From Lachnospiraceae bacterium GAM79 (lineage in GTDB: Bacteria > Bacillota_I > Bacilli_A > RFN20 > CAG-826), in contig CAVEUC010000004.1 of NCBI GenBank assembly GCA_963619035.1, positions 422-64,421 of the forward strand: a DNA stretch of 64,000 nt. Reading direction: 5' to 3'. Within the stretch, counting starts at the first letter, position 1. Each line of letters opens with the position of its first letter. Both the position numbers and the translations under genes were made by a program. Under the pieces are notes generated by a model that was given only the letters and a program-made list of their open reading frames with translations, was not told the origin of the DNA and searched no databases. Positions 35,384 to 44,745 of the stretch are shown here, one piece after another.

Positions 35384-36946
35384 ATGAAAAACAAATTATT
35401 TTTATTATCGTTATTAACATTAACTATTGGATTATGTTCAACTAATTCAATTCAATCAAATAAGTTTGAATCTACATTAAATTCACCTTATAAAAGTATT
35501 TTAAATTATTCATCTGATATGGGTATATTTAAAGATTTAACTAAAGAAGAAGTTATTTCTTATTACTCAACATTACAAGATAAAAAAGGTATAAAAGGTG
35601 ATGAATTACTAACTGATTTGCAAACTATTTTAAAAAATAATCATAAACAAATCTCCCACGCTACTGCTTGGAGTAGCGATTGGTATTATTTTACTTTATT
35701 AGATAGAGATTATGAAAATGATCCGTTGACTCAAACTGAAATTTCAACAGGAAAACGGAAAGTAGATAATGTTAAGGTAGTCCCTTTATATACTGAAAAA
35801 ACTACATTCATTAAAGCAACCCACCATATGAATAGGGAACATGTCTGGCCTAAATCAAGAGGTTTTAAATATGCTACTGATACTAAAGAAGAAAATAAAG
35901 GTAGTGAGCAACCTTACGCTGCTACAGATATGCATAATTTAAGAATGGGCGAAGAGAAAAATAATCAAAACGGACACTCAAATTATCCTTATGGCATAGT
36001 AGCTTCAAAAGAGGCGAGTTCTACAACTAAAATTACATCAACTTATTCAAACACCGTAACAGGTTACACTGGTTTAAATAAAGACGGAATAACAGTTTAT
36101 GAACCTCGAGATGAAGATAAAGGCGATATTGCTAGAATGTTATTTTATATGGCTACAAGATATCATAGCTATATAAGTAGCGATACTTTTGAACCAAGTT
36201 TAAAATTAGTTTCTTCATATAAAAACGATTCAGAAGCTACATCTACTATTTTATGTATTTCTACAAAAAATACTCCTGCAACATATGGTATTTTAGATGA
36301 TTTATTAAAATGGAACGAAGCTGATCCAGTATCAGAATTTGAAATCCATAGAAATAATCTTTGCTATAATATCGTTCAAAATAATAGAAATCCATATGTC
36401 GATTTTCCTGAATGGGCTAATGTCGCTTTTTCTAACACAAATTACGGAATCGATTTAAACAATGAAGATGGTATTGATTCAACAGGAATTTCTATAAAAC
36501 GTACTGAAAAACAATATGAAATTGGAAATAAATTAGATTTATCAAATGATGAAATTACATTTAAAAAAGAAGATGGAACAACTTCAACAATCAATTTATC
36601 TGATCCTAATTTAACAATTTCTATAAAACATAATGGTACTGAAGAAGCTTATTCTACTGACTTTACATTTAGTGAAGCTGGAGATTATGAAGTTATATAT
36701 AAATATACATACGAAGATAAAACATATACTTCTAAATACACAATAACTATCGCTAAACCACAAACATTTTTTGAAAAATATAGCACTTATATTTACACAG
36801 GAATCGCAGTTATTATAGTTATCATTTTTATAATTATTTCAACATCTAAATCCAAAAATAAAAAGAAAAAATCAAATACTAAAAATAAAACAAATACTAA
36901 CTCAAAAACCACAAAAACAACAAAGAATAAATCTAATAAAAAATAA
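35384..36946 (+). CDS. Extracellular endonuclease I-family nuclease, membrane anchored
   Basis: NREHVWPKSRGF and NRNPYVDFPEWA match Endonuclease_1 family blocks. It has an N-terminal signal peptide with a possible lipobox, a C-terminal TM segment and a Lys-rich tail. Confidence 0.75.
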   Translation: MKNKLFLLSLLTLTIGLCSTNSIQSNKFESTLNSPYKSILNYSSDMGIFKDLTKEEVISYYSTLQDKKGIKGDELLTDLQTILKNNHKQISHATAWSSDWYYFTLLDRDYENDPLTQTEISTGKRKVDNVKVVPLYTEKTTFIKATHHMNREHVWPKSRGFKYATDTKEENKGSEQPYAATDMHNLRMGEEKNNQNGHSNYPYGIVASKEASSTTKITSTYSNTVTGYTGLNKDGITVYEPRDEDKGDIARMLFYMATRYHSYISSDTFEPSLKLVSSYKNDSEATSTILCISTKNTPATYGILDDLLKWNEADPVSEFEIHRNNLCYNIVQNNRNPYVDFPEWANVAFSNTNYGIDLNNEDGIDSTGISIKRTEKQYEIGNKLDLSNDEITFKKEDGTTSTINLSDPNLTISIKHNGTEEAYSTDFTFSEAGDYEVIYKYTYEDKTYTSKYTITIAKPQTFFEKYSTYIYTGIAVIIVIIFIIISTSKSKNKKKKSNTKNKTNTNSKTTKTTKNKSNKK

Positions 36947-36960
36947 GAAAACAATATGTT

Positions 36961-38736
36961 TTACTGATTCATTTTGTTAATAATGTCATTAATTGACATA
37001 ACTAAACCTTTTTCTAATTTTAAAACTTTCCTATCAAAAGTATATATACCATTACCTTCAGTTTCACAATCTGATAATTGAGTGTAAACCACACCATTTA
37101 ATATACCTTTTTTCATTAAAGGAATAAGTTTTTTTCTATATAAAATTTCATATTTATTATTGTATTCATTGATCGTTTTACAATTATGATGCCCATAAAA
37201 AGTAGGATAATCAAAATGATTATCTATCTTCAAACCAATCCCACCAGTTTCACTTAAAATATAAGGTCTTTTTTTAAACGGATCTTTTCTAATTCTTGAA
37301 ACAAAATAATAAGAATGAATAGAAAATAAATCAGATGCTTTAGTATCAATCCAACCACTAGCTGTATCAAAAATATGTTGATTATCATCACTTTCTTTAA
37401 ATTTATTATAATGCAATGAAGGCTCAAATTCTCCCCATGATTCATTAAATATAGTAAAACAAACTATGGACGGAAAACTATATAAAGCTCTATAAATATT
37501 AAATATCTCAGTTTTAAAATGATTTCTATTTAAAGCGTTATTTCTTCCGTATCCACTGTAAGTCAATCTATTTTCATGATTAAAAATCTTATAGCTAATT
37601 CCAGGTAAATATTTATTTAAATTATTAACTTTATATCCACCATTAGGAAAATCTTGAATAACTAAAATACCTAATAAATCAGCGTAATAATAAAACATAT
37701 CACACTCAACTTTAACATGTTTTCTTACGCAATTATAACCTAATTCTTTTATATTATTTAAATCGTTATAATAATCTTCATATGACTTAGGAGTTAAAAA
37801 CCCTAAATAATAGTAACCCTGGTCTAAAATACCATTAATAAAGATTCTTCTATTATTTAAATAGATGCAGTCTTGTCCATCAACATTTTTAATTTCAATT
37901 TTTCTTACACCAAAATAAGATTCAACTTCATCATAATTTAATTGAACTTTAATTTTATATAAATAAGGTTTAAAGATATCCCGAGGATGAAAATTATCAC
38001 TTAAATCAATGCTTATTAAATTATTCGTTTTAAATTGAATTTGTTTATTATTAAAAATTATTATTCCATTTTCATCTTCTTTTGTAGTAACTAAAATATT
38101 TATTTTTTTATTATCAAAATCACTAACATAATTAATTCTTTGAACATAATTTGTATTAACACCTTCAATCCAAATAGGTTTATAAACTCCACTACTTGAA
38201 GTATAAAACCAATGGTTTGGTTTTAAAGTTTGCTTTCCTCTTGAATAATATTCTTTATCGGTATAATCTTTAACTCTTAAAGTTAAATCAAAAACACTAT
38301 TATTTCCTATATATTTTTTTGCATCTACAAAAAATTTAGTATATCCTCCTGAATGAGATTTAACTAAAGTATCATTTATAAATACATCACAAATTTGATC
38401 CACACCATCAAAATTTATATGTATTTCATCATATTCCATGAAATCTTTTACATCTATTTTCTTATGATAAAAAATAAATTCATTAGGTTCTAAAAGATGA
38501 TTAACTTTACTTAATGGAGATTCGATAGCGTAAGGAACAATTACTTTATTACTAAATTTAATAGGAATTGTACTACTAGTATTAATTTCAATATCCCACT
38601 CTCCATTCAAAGATAAATAAGAATTTCTTTTTAATCCTGGTCTAGGATATTCAACTAATGGTATCTCATCAATATCAAAATCTACTTTTTTTAAATCTTT
38701 ATATAAATATCCTTTATTAAGTTTTTTATTGCTCAT
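36961..38736 (-). CDS. Glycoside hydrolase family 2-like protein
   Basis: N-terminal EYPRPGLKRNSYLSLNGEWDI is typical of GH2 sugar-binding domains. Candidate catalytic residues are FNESWGE (acid/base) and ILSETGG (nucleophile). Confidence 0.7.
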   Translation of the reverse strand: MSNKKLNKGYLYKDLKKVDFDIDEIPLVEYPRPGLKRNSYLSLNGEWDIEINTSSTIPIKFSNKVIVPYAIESPLSKVNHLLEPNEFIFYHKKIDVKDFMEYDEIHINFDGVDQICDVFINDTLVKSHSGGYTKFFVDAKKYIGNNSVFDLTLRVKDYTDKEYYSRGKQTLKPNHWFYTSSSGVYKPIWIEGVNTNYVQRINYVSDFDNKKINILVTTKEDENGIIIFNNKQIQFKTNNLISIDLSDNFHPRDIFKPYLYKIKVQLNYDEVESYFGVRKIEIKNVDGQDCIYLNNRRIFINGILDQGYYYLGFLTPKSYEDYYNDLNNIKELGYNCVRKHVKVECDMFYYYADLLGILVIQDFPNGGYKVNNLNKYLPGISYKIFNHENRLTYSGYGRNNALNRNHFKTEIFNIYRALYSFPSIVCFTIFNESWGEFEPSLHYNKFKESDDNQHIFDTASGWIDTKASDLFSIHSYYFVSRIRKDPFKKRPYILSETGGIGLKIDNHFDYPTFYGHHNCKTINEYNNKYEILYRKKLIPLMKKGILNGVVYTQLSDCETEGNGIYTFDRKVLKLEKGLVMSINDIINKMNQ

Positions 38737-40120
38737 TAACTTTCTTTTCCTTCTTATCTAAAACATATATCATTATAACCGGAATTATAATTAATAACAA
38801 AATACATGAAGCAACAATATAATTTATATTCGAAGGTATTTGATTAGAAACACCAAAATCATCTACATAAGATTTGTCATATGTTTTATTTAACGCATCT
38901 CCAATAAATGGACCAATACACATTGGTAAAGCAACTAAAAATATCATCTTAACACCCATAAATACCCCTTCTTTTTCTTTAGGGATATTACTTCTGACCA
39001 AACTATTTAAGACAGTAGGAATACCAACATAACCTGAAATCATTATTAAACAAGCTAAAGAACTGTAAACAACTTTTAAGACATCATTAGAAAAATCGTA
39101 AGGCATAAAATACATCATGATTAATCCGATTATTAAAACTACTAGACTTGGAATAATCATTTTTTCTTTACCAAATTTATCTGCGAAATATCCTATTACA
39201 ACACTTAATAAACTTCCTATTAATAAAGCGATAGCCATAACTATGGCAAAGTTAGTAATTAAAGAATCTCCAGTATTAGAAATACCACTAGTTTTTTCTA
39301 CATAAATCATTAAATAAGGAAAATATACTTGAGTAGCAACACCATAAATAAATAAAGCGATTAATGATAAATATAATTTCTTATTTTCTTTAATTGTTTT
39401 AGGTTTAAAGCCTTCTATTAATAAAGAAATAAATTTTTTATTATCTTCTCTTTTTAAAGTATTATCTTCTTTAGGAATTAAAAATAATGAAACAATACCT
39501 ACAAAAATAACAATAGCTCCAATAATATAAAAGAATAAATCCCATCTATATCCTGCATCTTTCGTAGTTAAAGAATTTAATCCTACAAAAATTATAAGCA
39601 TAGCAATTAAAGGAAGAATTGACATAACACCTTCAACTTTAGCTCTTTTTTCTTCTGGAGTATTTATTGTTAAATAAGAATTAAATGCTGCATCATTTGA
39701 TGTCGAACCAAAAAAGGTCATGATACAGTCAATAACAATAACCATTATCGCAGCACTACTTGCACTCATCGAAACAGGAATTATTGCATTAGCGTTATTT
39801 ACGTTTACCAATCCAAAACTAGCAGTAGCTACACCCCAAATAATATAGCCAACAGATATAAATATTTTTCTTTTATTTATTTTATCGGTAAGAGTTCCCA
39901 TTATTAATGTTGTTAAAGTTGCAACTATTGCACTAAAAGCAGTAGTTAAAGCAATCATTAAACTATAATCAAATTTTTCTCCACTGGGAGCTTGGAAGTT
40001 TAAATATGCAATATAAGAATTTAAATACATATTCTCAATACACCATGCAAATTGGCCAGCAATTCCTACAATTATAAAAATAAGCCATTTTCTAATACCT
40101 AGTTTAGAACTATTTTTCAT
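38726..40120 (-). CDS. MFS transporter (glycoside-pentoside-hexuronide type)
   Basis: 464 aa with about 12 TM segments. It overlaps the GH2 gene start. Confidence 0.7.
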   Translation of the reverse strand: MKNSSKLGIRKWLIFIIVGIAGQFAWCIENMYLNSYIAYLNFQAPSGEKFDYSLMIALTTAFSAIVATLTTLIMGTLTDKINKRKIFISVGYIIWGVATASFGLVNVNNANAIIPVSMSASSAAIMVIVIDCIMTFFGSTSNDAAFNSYLTINTPEEKRAKVEGVMSILPLIAMLIIFVGLNSLTTKDAGYRWDLFFYIIGAIVIFVGIVSLFLIPKEDNTLKREDNKKFISLLIEGFKPKTIKENKKLYLSLIALFIYGVATQVYFPYLMIYVEKTSGISNTGDSLITNFAIVMAIALLIGSLLSVVIGYFADKFGKEKMIIPSLVVLIIGLIMMYFMPYDFSNDVLKVVYSSLACLIMISGYVGIPTVLNSLVRSNIPKEKEGVFMGVKMIFLVALPMCIGPFIGDALNKTYDKSYVDDFGVSNQIPSNINYIVASCILLLIIIPVIMIYVLDKKEKKVNEQ

Positions 40121-41606
40121 ATTCTTTTATCTCCTTTATTGCCTTTGAAATATAATTTATTAAATCACTTGCTACTATTGTTTCTTCTTCATAATCCAAA
40201 CAAGCTAATTCAGAAATTCTCCCTAATAAATAAGATCCACAAGCTATTCTTTTAATCAAATTATCTTCTTTTACTACCATTCCCATTATTAATCCAGATA
40301 ATAAATCTCCACTTCCTCCTTTAGCTAAAGAAGGAGTACCATTAACATTTAAAACAACATTTTCTCCATTAGTAATTATAGTTGTATTACTTTTTAAAAC
40401 TAAAAATACATCAAATTCTTTAGCAAATTTTTTAGCATATACTATAGGTTCTTTTAATATATCTTCTGTAGGAAGTTTTGTTAATCTAGAGAATTCTTTT
40501 ATATGAGGAGTAATTATTACTTTACACTTTTTATACTTTAAAATATCAGGTCCAAAAAAGGATAATGAATTTAATCCATCTGCATCAATTAATAGGGTTT
40601 TCGTATAGTTTTTTAATAAATAAGATATAATTTTATATACTTCAAAACTTTTACCTATACCCATTCCAATACCAATTACATCATAATTTAAAATAGAATT
40701 AAGCTTATCTTCATCAAAACAAATATTTCCGTCTTCATCTTTAAAGTATGTATAAATAGTTTCTAAATTCTTTAAACAATATATATCTTTTAAAGATTCA
40801 GGAATACATAAATTTGAATATCCTACACCAAGTCTTAATGTAGTTAGGCTTAATAAAGACAATATAGGTGCTCCTAAAAAATTCTTTGATCCACCAATTA
40901 TTGAAACTTTTCCATAATCACCTTTATTTGACATTGAAGAGCGTTTTTTAAATAAATCTTTATAGTCAAATTTATCAAAAACCATAGTAAAACCTGATTC
41001 TTTTTTATTTTGAATACCAATATCAAGCTTAATCAATTCTCCACAATAATCTTTTCCATGATTTAAAAAATATCCAATTTTAAAATCTTGAATAACATAA
41101 GTTAAATTAGCTTTAACACAATTATTAAAAATCATACCATTATCTGAATTTAATCCACTTGGTATATCTATACTGATTTTATAAGCTTTAGAATTGTTAA
41201 TATCTTCAATTATATTACTAATTTTATCATCAATATTCCTATTTAATCCTATACCAAATATAGCATCGACAATTATATTATATTTATTAAAATCTAAAGA
41301 ATTAACTATACTTCCTTTATATTTTTTTAACATATTATTAAATTCTTCTCTACCGTTAGAAGAGATTAAATATACACTTACATTATAATTATGCTCATAA
41401 AGTAACCTAGCTAAAACTAAACCATCCCCACCATTTCCACCACTATTAACGATAATCAAAATAGAATTATTTTTATTGATTCTACGAATTAAATCATCAA
41501 ATATAGCTTTACCAGCTCTTTCCATTAATTCTAAGCTAGATACTCCAGATTTGATTGTATATTCATCGTTTTCTTGCATTTCTTCTTTAAAAAGAACTTT
41601 TTCCAT
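40110..41606 (-). CDS. nnr: Bifunctional NAD(P)H-hydrate repair enzyme (epimerase/dehydratase)
   Basis: YjeF-N block NSGGNGGDGLV and the YjeF-C kinase-like block GGSGDLLSG. 498 aa. Confidence 0.9.
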   Translation of the reverse strand: MEKVLFKEEMQENDEYTIKSGVSSLELMERAGKAIFDDLIRRINKNNSILIIVNSGGNGGDGLVLARLLYEHNYNVSVYLISSNGREEFNNMLKKYKGSIVNSLDFNKYNIIVDAIFGIGLNRNIDDKISNIIEDINNSKAYKISIDIPSGLNSDNGMIFNNCVKANLTYVIQDFKIGYFLNHGKDYCGELIKLDIGIQNKKESGFTMVFDKFDYKDLFKKRSSMSNKGDYGKVSIIGGSKNFLGAPILSLLSLTTLRLGVGYSNLCIPESLKDIYCLKNLETIYTYFKDEDGNICFDEDKLNSILNYDVIGIGMGIGKSFEVYKIISYLLKNYTKTLLIDADGLNSLSFFGPDILKYKKCKVIITPHIKEFSRLTKLPTEDILKEPIVYAKKFAKEFDVFLVLKSNTTIITNGENVVLNVNGTPSLAKGGSGDLLSGLIMGMVVKEDNLIKRIACGSYLLGRISELACLDYEEETIVASDLINYISKAIKEIKEYEK

Positions 41607-41612
41607 ACAATA

Positions 41613-41621
41613 ATTATATCA
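41613..41621 (-). promoter_or_regulatory. Extended -10 box 6 nt upstream of the nnr start (leaderless-type)
   Basis: Minus strand TGaTATAAT, then 6 nt, then ATG at 41606. Confidence 0.45.
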
Positions 41622-41661
41622 TTTTATAAAAGAAAAAATATGATATTAATATATGCAAAAT

Positions 41662-41690
41662 AAAAGTAGGTGCTTCCACCTACTTTTTAT
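41662..41690. terminator. Rho-independent terminator
   Basis: AAAAGTAGGTG-cttc-CACCTACTTTTT immediately downstream of the nfnB-like stop. Confidence 0.75.
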
Positions 41691-41701
41691 TATAAGTTTG
41701 A

Positions 41702-43129
41702 TTATTTACTTTGAATATATTCGTCTATTGCTTTTGCAGCATGTTTTCCTGCACCCATAGCAAGAATAACAGTCGCAGCACCAGTTACAGCATCACCTCC
41801 AGCATAGACTCCAGTTCTAGTAGTTAAACCACTTTCATCTTTTGTAATTAAACAACCATGATTATTAGTTTCTAATCCTTCTGTAGTTGATTTAATTAAT
41901 GGATTTGGACTTGTACCTATCGCAATAATTACACAATCAACATCAATTTCTTCATAAGTTCCAGTTCCGACAGGTTTTCTTCTACCTTTTTCATCAGGTT
42001 CACCAAGTTCCATCTTTTCAACTTTCATCTTATTAACAAGTTTATTTTCATCACCGATTAATTCAACAGGATTATTTAATAACTTAAATTCGATTCCTTC
42101 TTCCATAGCATGTTCTACTTCTTCTTTTCTAGCTGGAAGTTCTTCTAAACTTCTTCTATAAACAATATATACATGCTCTGCACCTAATCTTAATGCACAT
42201 CTAGCTGCATCCATTGCAACATTTCCACCACCAACAACAGCGACATTTTTAGCGTGTTCGATAGGAGTTTCACTATCTTCTAAATAAGCTTTCATTAAAT
42301 TAGTTCTTGTTAAAAATTCGTTAGCTGAATAAACACCTTTTAAATTTTCTCCTGGAATTCCCATAAATCTTGGTAATCCAGCTCCACTTCCAATAAAAAT
42401 CGCTTCAAAACCATATTCAGTTTGTAATTCATCAATTGTGATAACTCTTCCGATTACCATGTTAGTTTCAACTTTTACACCTAAAGCTTTTAAACCATCA
42501 ACTTCTTTTTGCACGATACTTTTTGGAAGTCTAAATTCAGGAATTCCATAAACTAAAACTCCACCTGCTAAATGTAAAGCTTCAAAAATTGTTACATCAT
42601 ATCCTTTTTTAGCTAAATCGCCAGCACAAGTTAATCCGCTAGGTCCACTTCCAATAACTGCAACTTTATGACCATTAGAAACTGGTTTTTTAACTTCACC
42701 TACATAATGAGCATTGTGATAATCAGCAACAAATCTTTCAAGTCTTCCAATACCAACTGCCTCTTTTTTCTTTTTTGTTACTGGATCGATTCCGATACCT
42801 CTAGTACACTTTCCTTCACATTGACTTTCTTGAGGACAAACTCTACCGCATACAGCAGGTAAACTGCTTGATTCAGTAATGATTTCGTATGCTTTTTCAA
42901 AATTTCCTAATGCTACTTCGTGGATAAAATCAGGAATATTAATATTAACAGGACAATGAGCAACACAAGGTTTAGTAGGACAACCTAAGCATCTTTTAGC
43001 TTCATCAATTGCCATTTCTTCTGTATAACCTTCAGCAACTTCTTTAAAATTATGTCCTCTTACTTTAGGATCTTGAGAAGGCATAGGGTTTTTAAATGCC
43101 TTCATGTTAGGCTTGTATTCTTTATACAT
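41702..43129 (-). CDS. nfnB: NADPH-dependent glutamate synthase small-subunit-like oxidoreductase (NfnB-type)
   Basis: 475 aa. N-terminal Fe-S cysteine clusters (CLGCPTKPC, CPQESQCEGKC) and two Rossmann motifs (VIGSGPSG, VVGGGNVAMD). Confidence 0.8.
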   Translation of the reverse strand: MYKEYKPNMKAFKNPMPSQDPKVRGHNFKEVAEGYTEEMAIDEAKRCLGCPTKPCVAHCPVNINIPDFIHEVALGNFEKAYEIITESSSLPAVCGRVCPQESQCEGKCTRGIGIDPVTKKKKEAVGIGRLERFVADYHNAHYVGEVKKPVSNGHKVAVIGSGPSGLTCAGDLAKKGYDVTIFEALHLAGGVLVYGIPEFRLPKSIVQKEVDGLKALGVKVETNMVIGRVITIDELQTEYGFEAIFIGSGAGLPRFMGIPGENLKGVYSANEFLTRTNLMKAYLEDSETPIEHAKNVAVVGGGNVAMDAARCALRLGAEHVYIVYRRSLEELPARKEEVEHAMEEGIEFKLLNNPVELIGDENKLVNKMKVEKMELGEPDEKGRRKPVGTGTYEEIDVDCVIIAIGTSPNPLIKSTTEGLETNNHGCLITKDESGLTTRTGVYAGGDAVTGAATVILAMGAGKHAAKAIDEYIQSK

Positions 43130-43130
43130 T

Positions 43131-43976
43131 TTATTTAGCCTCCTTATTTAATAAATTACATTTTGCTTCGTCATATGCTTTCTTTTCAAAGACACTATAC
43201 ATCTTTCCTCTAGACATAGCTTCATCAAAATCAACTTCATATGCATCAAAATCAGGACCATCAACACACGCAAATTTTGTTTTTCCGCCTACTGTTAATC
43301 TACAGCATCCACACATTCCAGTTCCGTCAATCATAATAGGATTCATACTGCAAACACATTCAGGGACATTATATTTTTTACATACAGCAGTTACAAATTT
43401 CATCATGATAACAGGACCAATAGAAATAACTTTATCAAACTTAACACCACTTTTTAACATTTCTTCTAATGGACCAGTTACAACACCTTTTACTCCGTAA
43501 CTTCCATCATCGCTACAAGGAATAAATTTATCACTACAAGCTTCAAATTCATCACTTAAAATAACTAAATCTTTATTTCTAAAACCAGCAATTGAAGTTA
43601 CTTTTTTACCTGCATCATGAAATGCTTTAGCAATAGGATAAGCAATAGCAACACCTAAACCACCGCCAATAACACAAACATTTTCACCTGTAATTTCAGT
43701 AGGTTTTCCTAAAGGACCTACAAAATCATGCAAACAATCTCCTTCATTTAATTGATTAAGCTTAAATGTGGAAGCTCCTACGATTTGAAAAATAATTGTA
43801 ACGGTTCCTTTTTCTTTATCAGTCCCACCGACAGTTAAAGGAATTCTTTCACTATTTTCAGTAGCTCTTAAAATAATGAATTGACCAGGTAATGCTTTTT
43901 TTGCAATAAATGGTGCTTCAATTTCCAACAATGTTTCAGTTGGGTTAAAAACAACTTTACGAACAATTTTAAACAT
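43131..43976 (-). CDS. nfnA: Ferredoxin-NADP reductase-like FAD/NAD-binding subunit with a C-terminal 2Fe-2S site (NfnA-type)
   Basis: 281 aa with a PyrK-like fold (RIPLTV, GGGLGVA) and the CGCCRL cysteine motif. It lies 1 nt upstream of nfnB. Confidence 0.8.
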   Translation of the reverse strand: MFKIVRKVVFNPTETLLEIEAPFIAKKALPGQFIILRATENSERIPLTVGGTDKEKGTVTIIFQIVGASTFKLNQLNEGDCLHDFVGPLGKPTEITGENVCVIGGGLGVAIAYPIAKAFHDAGKKVTSIAGFRNKDLVILSDEFEACSDKFIPCSDDGSYGVKGVVTGPLEEMLKSGVKFDKVISIGPVIMMKFVTAVCKKYNVPECVCSMNPIMIDGTGMCGCCRLTVGGKTKFACVDGPDFDAYEVDFDEAMSRGKMYSVFEKKAYDEAKCNLLNKEAK

Positions 43977-44037
43977 ATACTTACTCCTTAATTATTTTTA
44001 GTATAACATTTTTAAAAATTATAAAAAATAACAAATG

Positions 44038-44078
44038 AAAAAAATGATTACCGTATCACTTGACAGATAATCATTTTT
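44038..44078 (-). terminator. Probable terminator of the 173-aa membrane protein gene
   Basis: Minus-strand stem AAAATGATTA/TAATCATTTT with a long loop, followed by T7. Confidence 0.45.
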
Positions 44079-44133
44079 ATTTTATTTTTAGCGAGTTTAA
44101 GTATTTTTACTCAAATATAATATTATTTCCCAA

Positions 44134-44655
44134 CTATTTTTTATTTTTAGCTTTTGCAAAAAGTGGGATAGATAATAATGAACCAACTGCACCAATTATT
44201 CCTAATCCACCAATCCATTTACCATTTGTAAGAACTGTAGCAGCAGATGAATATATAGAAGTAGAACCGATGGTTGTATCATATTTAAATTCATCTACAT
44301 ATTGATTTGTATATAAATTTCCTTGTAAAAATCCAATAACAGATAAAGCAATAAATGCTAATAAAGCGATACAAGCAAACATCGCGTAAACCTTAGATTC
44401 TTTAACAAAACTACCAAGTAAACTAATAAGCATAAATAAAGTGCCAACACCTGCTAAAATAATAGCAACTAAAGCTCCTATGCTCATTCCACTTTCTTTA
44501 GTTAATAAACTATAACCAGTATAATCAGTAGTTGATACAACACTACCTCCTACAGATTTTGTAAATTGTAAAATTGGAGTTGAGAATAAATAAAAACATA
44601 AACCTCCACTTACAATACCCATCATAACGAATAAAAATCTTAAAAATCTTTTCAT
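44134..44655 (-). CDS. Four-TM membrane protein, unknown function
   Basis: 173 aa with four hydrophobic segments and a Lys-rich C-terminus. Confidence 0.55.
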   Translation of the reverse strand: MKRFLRFLFVMMGIVSGGLCFYLFSTPILQFTKSVGGSVVSTTDYTGYSLLTKESGMSIGALVAIILAGVGTLFMLISLLGSFVKESKVYAMFACIALLAFIALSVIGFLQGNLYTNQYVDEFKYDTTIGSTSIYSSAATVLTNGKWIGGLGIIGAVGSLLSIPLFAKAKNKK

Positions 44656-44710
44656 AAGTATCTCCTTTTATCTTTATTATTTTAATATTTTAAATTAGAA
44701 AATTAAACAA

Positions 44711-44741
44711 ATAAAAAGCCTAATCAACAAAGATTAGGCTT
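44711..44741 (-). terminator. clpB terminator
   Basis: Minus strand AAGCCTAATC-tttgtt-GATTAGGCTT followed by a T run. Confidence 0.7.
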
Positions 44742-44745
44742 AAAG

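Noticed and set aside
36840-36946. The A-rich 3-prime end of the nuclease gene as a phase-variable homopolymer tract.
   Set aside because: The longest uninterrupted A runs there are only about 5-6 nt. Elsewhere in the window I noticed no homopolymer longer than about 7-8 nt near gene starts.
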